This document shows, piece after piece, positions 59,500-63,948 of a DNA stretch of 63,948 nucleotides; positions within the stretch are counted from its first letter, which is position 1; each line of letters begins with the position of its first letter. Where the stretch lies: the NCBI GenBank assembly GCA_964510025.1, contig CAZDZV010000001.1, positions 1 through 63,948 of the forward strand, in the 5' to 3' direction. The position numbers and the translations under genes are program-made. The notes beneath the pieces were generated by a model. That model ran no database searches and had not been told where the DNA came from. It worked only from the letters and a program-made list of their open reading frames with translations. The stretch comes from an uncultured Methanosarcinales archaeon. Its GTDB lineage: Archaea; Nanobdellota; Nanobdellia; Woesearchaeales; DATDXC01.

Positions 59500-60420
59500 A
59501 TGGCCAAAGGTATGAGGAGGAAGGTCTTTAAATTAGGGAAATCTACGCTGGTCGTCTCTTTGCCTGCCAAATGGGTAAAAAAATATGAAATTAAGCCAAA
59601 TGATGAGCTTAATGTGGTTGAAAAGGAGAGAAGCATCACCTTGTCAACTGATAAGGAATATTCTGATAATGTTGTTGAGATAGACATCAAGGGGCTTAGC
59701 AAAAAACTGACTAGGCTATACATAATCGCTGCATATGTTAGGGGATATGACAGAATCAAGATAATTTTTGAAGAACAGGAAAACATGTTTTTCGCGCAAC
59801 AGGTCATTGATTCTTTAATAGGCCTAGCGATCATTGAGCAGGGAAAAAAGTATTGTGTTGCAGGCGAAGTATCTGTAACAACAGACAAGCAGTTTGACAA
59901 TATCTTCAGAAGAATATTTTTACTGATAATATCCATTGCAGAAGATACCTTAACTGCGCTGCAACAGGAAGACAAAGAATCCCTTTCATCAATAGAAAGA
60001 CGCGATGTAGATGTCGACAAATTCACTAATTTCTGCCTAAGGATCCTGAATAAAAAGGGTTACAAAGAGTTTGAAAAAACCGCTATCATGTTTGATGTTA
60101 TACAAGAGCTAGAGGAGCTAAGCGACAACTATGAAGGAATGGCCAATGACTTGCTCGCTTCTGAGTCTATAAAAATAAGAAATGAGCTTAAGGTTATATT
60201 TACAGATTCAAACAAGCTTCTTCGCCTTTTTTATGAGCTTCAATATAACTTCAAGAAAGAGAGCATAGTCGAATTTTACAGCAAGAGGACAAAGCTCATT
60301 GAAAAGATAAACAGTCTTAGGAACATTAAGTCATATGAAAGGACAATAGTCTATCATTTAAGGAAGATAAATGATGATCTTCTGGAGCTATTCAAGCTGA
60401 AGATTGCTTCTCATTTCTGA
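59500..60420 (+). CDS. AbrB-PhoU family phosphate uptake regulator
   Basis: RRKVFKLGKSTLVVSLPAKW (AbrB), AYVRGYD, PhoU-like helical repeats (RDVDVDKF). Confidence 0.85.
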   Translation: MAKGMRRKVFKLGKSTLVVSLPAKWVKKYEIKPNDELNVVEKERSITLSTDKEYSDNVVEIDIKGLSKKLTRLYIIAAYVRGYDRIKIIFEEQENMFFAQQVIDSLIGLAIIEQGKKYCVAGEVSVTTDKQFDNIFRRIFLLIISIAEDTLTALQQEDKESLSSIERRDVDVDKFTNFCLRILNKKGYKEFEKTAIMFDVIQELEELSDNYEGMANDLLASESIKIRNELKVIFTDSNKLLRLFYELQYNFKKESIVEFYSKRTKLIEKINSLRNIKSYERTIVYHLRKINDDLLELFKLKIASHF

Positions 60421-60512
60421 CCTAAAGACAGGGCTGAGAATATACATAAAATTTATAAATAGCCTCAAAATCCAAAACAGTTAGGGGGAAATCATTCAAG
60501 GAGGTAGTTAAT

Positions 60513-63128
60513 ATGACAAAGAAATGGGTTTATAGTTTTGACGAAGGTAAGAAGGAACTAAAAAAGTTATTAGGTGGAAAAGGAGCAAACCTAGCTGAGA
60601 TGACCAATCTGGGAATTCCTGTTCCGCCTGGATTCACTATTACAACTGAAGCTTGTGCTGAGTACTATAATGCGGGACAAAAATTTCCTGAAGGAATGTG
60701 GACTCAGGTTGAGCAGAAGCTTCAGGAACTGGAAAAAAAGATGGACATGAAGCTTGGCGATCCTGAAAATCCTCTTCTTGTATCTGTGAGGTCAGGTGCG
60801 GCTGTTTCTATGCCTGGTATGATGGATACTGTTCTCAATCTTGGCTTGAATGATACATCAGTAAAGGGGCTTGCTAAAAAGACAGGTGACGAGAAGTTTG
60901 CCTATGATGCATATAGGAGATTTATCAACATGTTTGGGGATGTTGTTATGGGCATAGAGCATAAACATTTTGAAGCGGTCTTGGACAAGGCCAAGGAGAC
61001 CAAGGGTGTCGAGCAGGATATTGAACTGGATGCAGATGATTGGAAGAAAGTATGTGAGGGATACAAGAAAGTCATCAAGGAGCATGCTGGAGAGCTTTTT
61101 CCAGAGGAACCCAAGGAACAGCTTAAGAAGTCTATTGATGCGGTTTTTGGCAGCTGGAACAACAAAAGAGCTATAGCCTACAGAAGGATCAACAATATCA
61201 CTGGTCTGCTGGGTACAGCAGTGAATATACAGACAATGGCCTTCGGAAACATGGGTAAAGACTCTGGAACAGGAGTATGCTTCACCAGGAACCCATCAAC
61301 CGGTGAGAATAAATTTTATGGGGAATATCTAATGAATGCCCAAGGTGAAGATGTTGTTGCAGGAATAAGGACTCCAAAACACATAGGAGAGCTGCAAAAA
61401 CAAATGCCAAAGAACTACGAACAGCTCGTAAAGATCTATAAAAAGCTTGAAAAGCATTATAAGGATATGCAGGATATGGAATTTACAATACAAGAGGGTA
61501 AGCTATTTATCCTTCAAACCAGGACAGGCAAGCGGACAGCAGTAGCTGCACTGAGAATTGCAGTAGATATGGTGGGAGAGGGACTGATAGACGAAAAGAC
61601 CGCTGTATTAAGGATAGATCCTAACCAGCTTGACCAGCTGCTTCATAAAAGGCTTGATCCCGTAGCAAAGGACAAGGCAACTGTCCTGGCTAAGGGTCTT
61701 CCGGCTTCCCCCGGGGCATCTGTTGGCAAGATCGTCTTTACTGCGGAAAAAGCCCATGAAGTTGCTCAGCAGGGAGAAAAGGTAATACTTGTAAGAACAG
61801 AGACATCTCCAGAAGATATTGAGGGCATGCATGCTGCTCAAGGCATACTGACGTCCAGAGGAGGGATGACAAGCCATGCTGCAGTTGTCGCAAGAGGCAT
61901 GGGAAAGCCTTGTGTGGCCGGATGTTCAGATGCGATTATTAATGAGAATGAAAAAAAGCTGAAGATAGGAGATGAAGAGCTCGGGGATATGGATTACATA
62001 ACCCTAGATGGCTCAACGGGAGAGGTAATCAGGGGAGAGGTCCCTGTCGTTGACCCTGAATTAAGCGGTGATTTTGCAAAGCTTATGAAATGGGCAGACA
62101 AATTCCGGAAACTAAAGGTTAAGACCAATGCGGACACACCACATGATGCAAAGGTTGCGAAGGATTTTGGTGCAGAGGGCATCGGTCTCTGCAGGACAGA
62201 GCATATGTTCTTTGAAGGCGACAGAATAAAGGCAGTCAGAGAGATGATACTTTCTGATGATCTAGAAGGGAGGAAAAATGCCCTGGCAAAACTTAAGCCA
62301 ATGCAGAAAGATGATTTCAAGGGGCTTTTCAAGGTAATGGACGGTATGCCCGTCATAATCAGGCTTTTGGATCCGCCCTTGCACGAATTTTTACCAAAAG
62401 AAGAAGAAGACATAAAAGAGATGGCAAAAAATTTGAAAGTAGATGAGCAAAAAATCAGGGATACAATCTCAAACCTAAGCGAGTTTAATCCTATGCTTGG
62501 ATTCAGGGGATGCAGACTCGGAGTCAAATATCCTGAGATAAGCAGGATGCAGGTCGAAGCAATATTAGAAGCTGCTGTCGAATCCAAAAAGGGCGGAGTA
62601 AAAGCAATGCCATGGATAGAGGTACCGCTAGTGGGCAATATCAAGGAGTTTTCAATCATAAAAGGCATTGTTGAGGGCGCAGCTCAATCACTTAATATCA
62701 AGAGAGGCAAAGATTACTGGGTCGGAACAATGATAGAAGTGCCCAGGGCTGCACTTACGGCTGATGAGATCGCACCTGAATGCGACTTTATGAGCTTTGG
62801 AACAAATGATCTAACGCAGATGACTTGCGGCTTTTCAAGGGATGATGCTGGGAAATTTCTGAAGATATATGTTGAAGAAGGAATTTATGAAAGAGATCCT
62901 TTCCAGAGCATAGACCAAAATGGAGTTGGCAAGCTTATGAAGCTGTGCATCGACAAAGCAAGAAAGACCAATCCTAAGATCGAGATAGGAATATGCGGCG
63001 AACACGGCGGTGAACCTGAATCGGTAAAATTCTGCCACAAGATAGGCCTTAATGATGTAAGCTGCAGCCCATTTAGGGTGCCCATTGCTAGACTAGCTGC
63101 TGCACAAGCTGCTTTAGACAGTGATTAA
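60513..63128 (+). CDS. ppdK: Pyruvate, phosphate dikinase
   Basis: LLGGKGANLAEM, SMPGMMDT, GGMTSHAAVVARG, GLCRTEHM, SFGTNDLTQ; GGAGGT SD. Confidence 0.97.
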   Translation: MTKKWVYSFDEGKKELKKLLGGKGANLAEMTNLGIPVPPGFTITTEACAEYYNAGQKFPEGMWTQVEQKLQELEKKMDMKLGDPENPLLVSVRSGAAVSMPGMMDTVLNLGLNDTSVKGLAKKTGDEKFAYDAYRRFINMFGDVVMGIEHKHFEAVLDKAKETKGVEQDIELDADDWKKVCEGYKKVIKEHAGELFPEEPKEQLKKSIDAVFGSWNNKRAIAYRRINNITGLLGTAVNIQTMAFGNMGKDSGTGVCFTRNPSTGENKFYGEYLMNAQGEDVVAGIRTPKHIGELQKQMPKNYEQLVKIYKKLEKHYKDMQDMEFTIQEGKLFILQTRTGKRTAVAALRIAVDMVGEGLIDEKTAVLRIDPNQLDQLLHKRLDPVAKDKATVLAKGLPASPGASVGKIVFTAEKAHEVAQQGEKVILVRTETSPEDIEGMHAAQGILTSRGGMTSHAAVVARGMGKPCVAGCSDAIINENEKKLKIGDEELGDMDYITLDGSTGEVIRGEVPVVDPELSGDFAKLMKWADKFRKLKVKTNADTPHDAKVAKDFGAEGIGLCRTEHMFFEGDRIKAVREMILSDDLEGRKNALAKLKPMQKDDFKGLFKVMDGMPVIIRLLDPPLHEFLPKEEEDIKEMAKNLKVDEQKIRDTISNLSEFNPMLGFRGCRLGVKYPEISRMQVEAILEAAVESKKGGVKAMPWIEVPLVGNIKEFSIIKGIVEGAAQSLNIKRGKDYWVGTMIEVPRAALTADEIAPECDFMSFGTNDLTQMTCGFSRDDAGKFLKIYVEEGIYERDPFQSIDQNGVGKLMKLCIDKARKTNPKIEIGICGEHGGEPESVKFCHKIGLNDVSCSPFRVPIARLAAAQAALDSD

Positions 63129-63553
63129 GCAGCTATATCAACTAGTTTGATCCTGAAATTCAGGTCTTTCCCAGCTAGTGGGTGATTCAGGTCTATAGTG
63201 ATGTCTTTATCACTAACTTCCTTTATTCTTGCCGGCATCCTCTTACCATCCGGTGTAGCTAAGGACAGCACCATTCCTTTTTTCGGTTCCTGGCCTGCTG
63301 GCAGCTTTTCCTTCGGAATTTTCTGGACTAGCTGTGGATTTGGGGAGCCATATGCATCTGCAGAGCTTATCTTAATGTCTTTTTCCTGGCCTTTTTCCAT
63401 TCCAATTAGTGCGTCATCAAAACCTTTTATAATCCTACCTGAACCTACTTCGAATTCCAGAGGCGCCTTGCCTTCTGATGTATCAAAAACAGTACCGTCT
63501 TCTAGTTTACCTGTATAATCAACTTTAACTTTATCTCCTTTTTTAACTGGCAT
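63125..63553 (-). CDS. FKBP-type peptidyl-prolyl isomerase (SlyD-like, no His tail)
   Basis: YTGKLEDGTVFDTS, IKGF, DAYG, DLNHPLAGKDL. Confidence 0.92.
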   Translation of the reverse strand: MPVKKGDKVKVDYTGKLEDGTVFDTSEGKAPLEFEVGSGRIIKGFDDALIGMEKGQEKDIKISSADAYGSPNPQLVQKIPKEKLPAGQEPKKGMVLSLATPDGKRMPARIKEVSDKDITIDLNHPLAGKDLNFRIKLVDIAA

Positions 63554-63689
63554 TTTATCATCTCCCATGTATCGAAAAAATAAGCAGAAAAAAGCTCATT
63601 TAACCGATTATAGACATGTGAAAGATTGATGATTTTTAAGTTTTTTGCTTCAGGAAAGCTTTTTATACTAGATTATTTCGCGATAGGTA

Positions 63690-63948
63690 ATGTTGAAAGC
63701 AAAACTCATAAGCATATGCATGCTAGTATTCTTTATTGGCTGTTGCTCGGACTGTAAAGAAACAGTAAACGGAGTAAGCCTCACCACAGATAGAGACCTG
63801 TATCATTCTGGAGAAAACATGCATATATCTGCATCTATAGATGCCAATACGGCCATAGATAATGTAAGCTTAAGATTCTATGGCATTTTTTCGAAAATAT
63901 ACAGACTAGAACGTTCAGAAATTGCAGACCTAAGCAAGGGGAGCAATG
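63690..63948 (+). CDS. Partial lipoprotein-like protein (runs off the window)
   Basis: MLKAKLISICMLVFFIGCC... signal/lipobox, TDRDLYHSGE; frame open to the end. Confidence 0.6.
   Translation, partial: MLKAKLISICMLVFFIGCCSDCKETVNGVSLTTDRDLYHSGENMHISASIDANTAIDNVSLRFYGIFSKIYRLERSEIADLSKGSN

Noticed and set aside
1..63948. CRISPR array, transposase, integrase, rRNA
   Set aside because: No regularly spaced repeats, recombinase/transposase motifs, duplicated tRNA ends or rRNA-like sequence were seen.

Overview
Chromosomal segment of an archaeon, most likely DPANN (Woesearchaeota-like; inferred from GatD/GatE, Cdc48, NreA, PINA ATPase, archaeal PyrH, BHB-type tRNA introns, TATA-box/leaderless gene starts and a short AlaRS). 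Housekeeping content includes secDF, pyrH, porCDAB, rnhB, smc, nreA, dus, alaS, cdc48, gatD/gatE, ppdK, an FKBP PPIase, ABC/MATE exporters and four tRNAs (Thr-CGU, Ser-GCU, iMet-CAU, Gly-UCC). Three of these tRNAs carry four introns, two at non-canonical sites. The best candidate for an undescribed system is a ~9 kb block (20565-29647) between porB and the cutA operon. It encodes a SAM methyltransferase, an acyl-ACP/CoA reductase-like enzyme, a ThDP carboligase, a fused PlsA/Ger-like 1341-aa activator-reductase and a cobalamin-binding radical SAM enzyme. Together these suggest acyl-chain/ether-lipid or small-molecule chemistry that is unexpected in this lineage. A second lipid/glycolipid cluster follows smc (40935-45524). 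Several small ORFs missed by the ORF track are also reported. No CRISPR array, transposase, integrase or rRNA gene was seen. All product calls come from motif recognition by eye, not from database searches.
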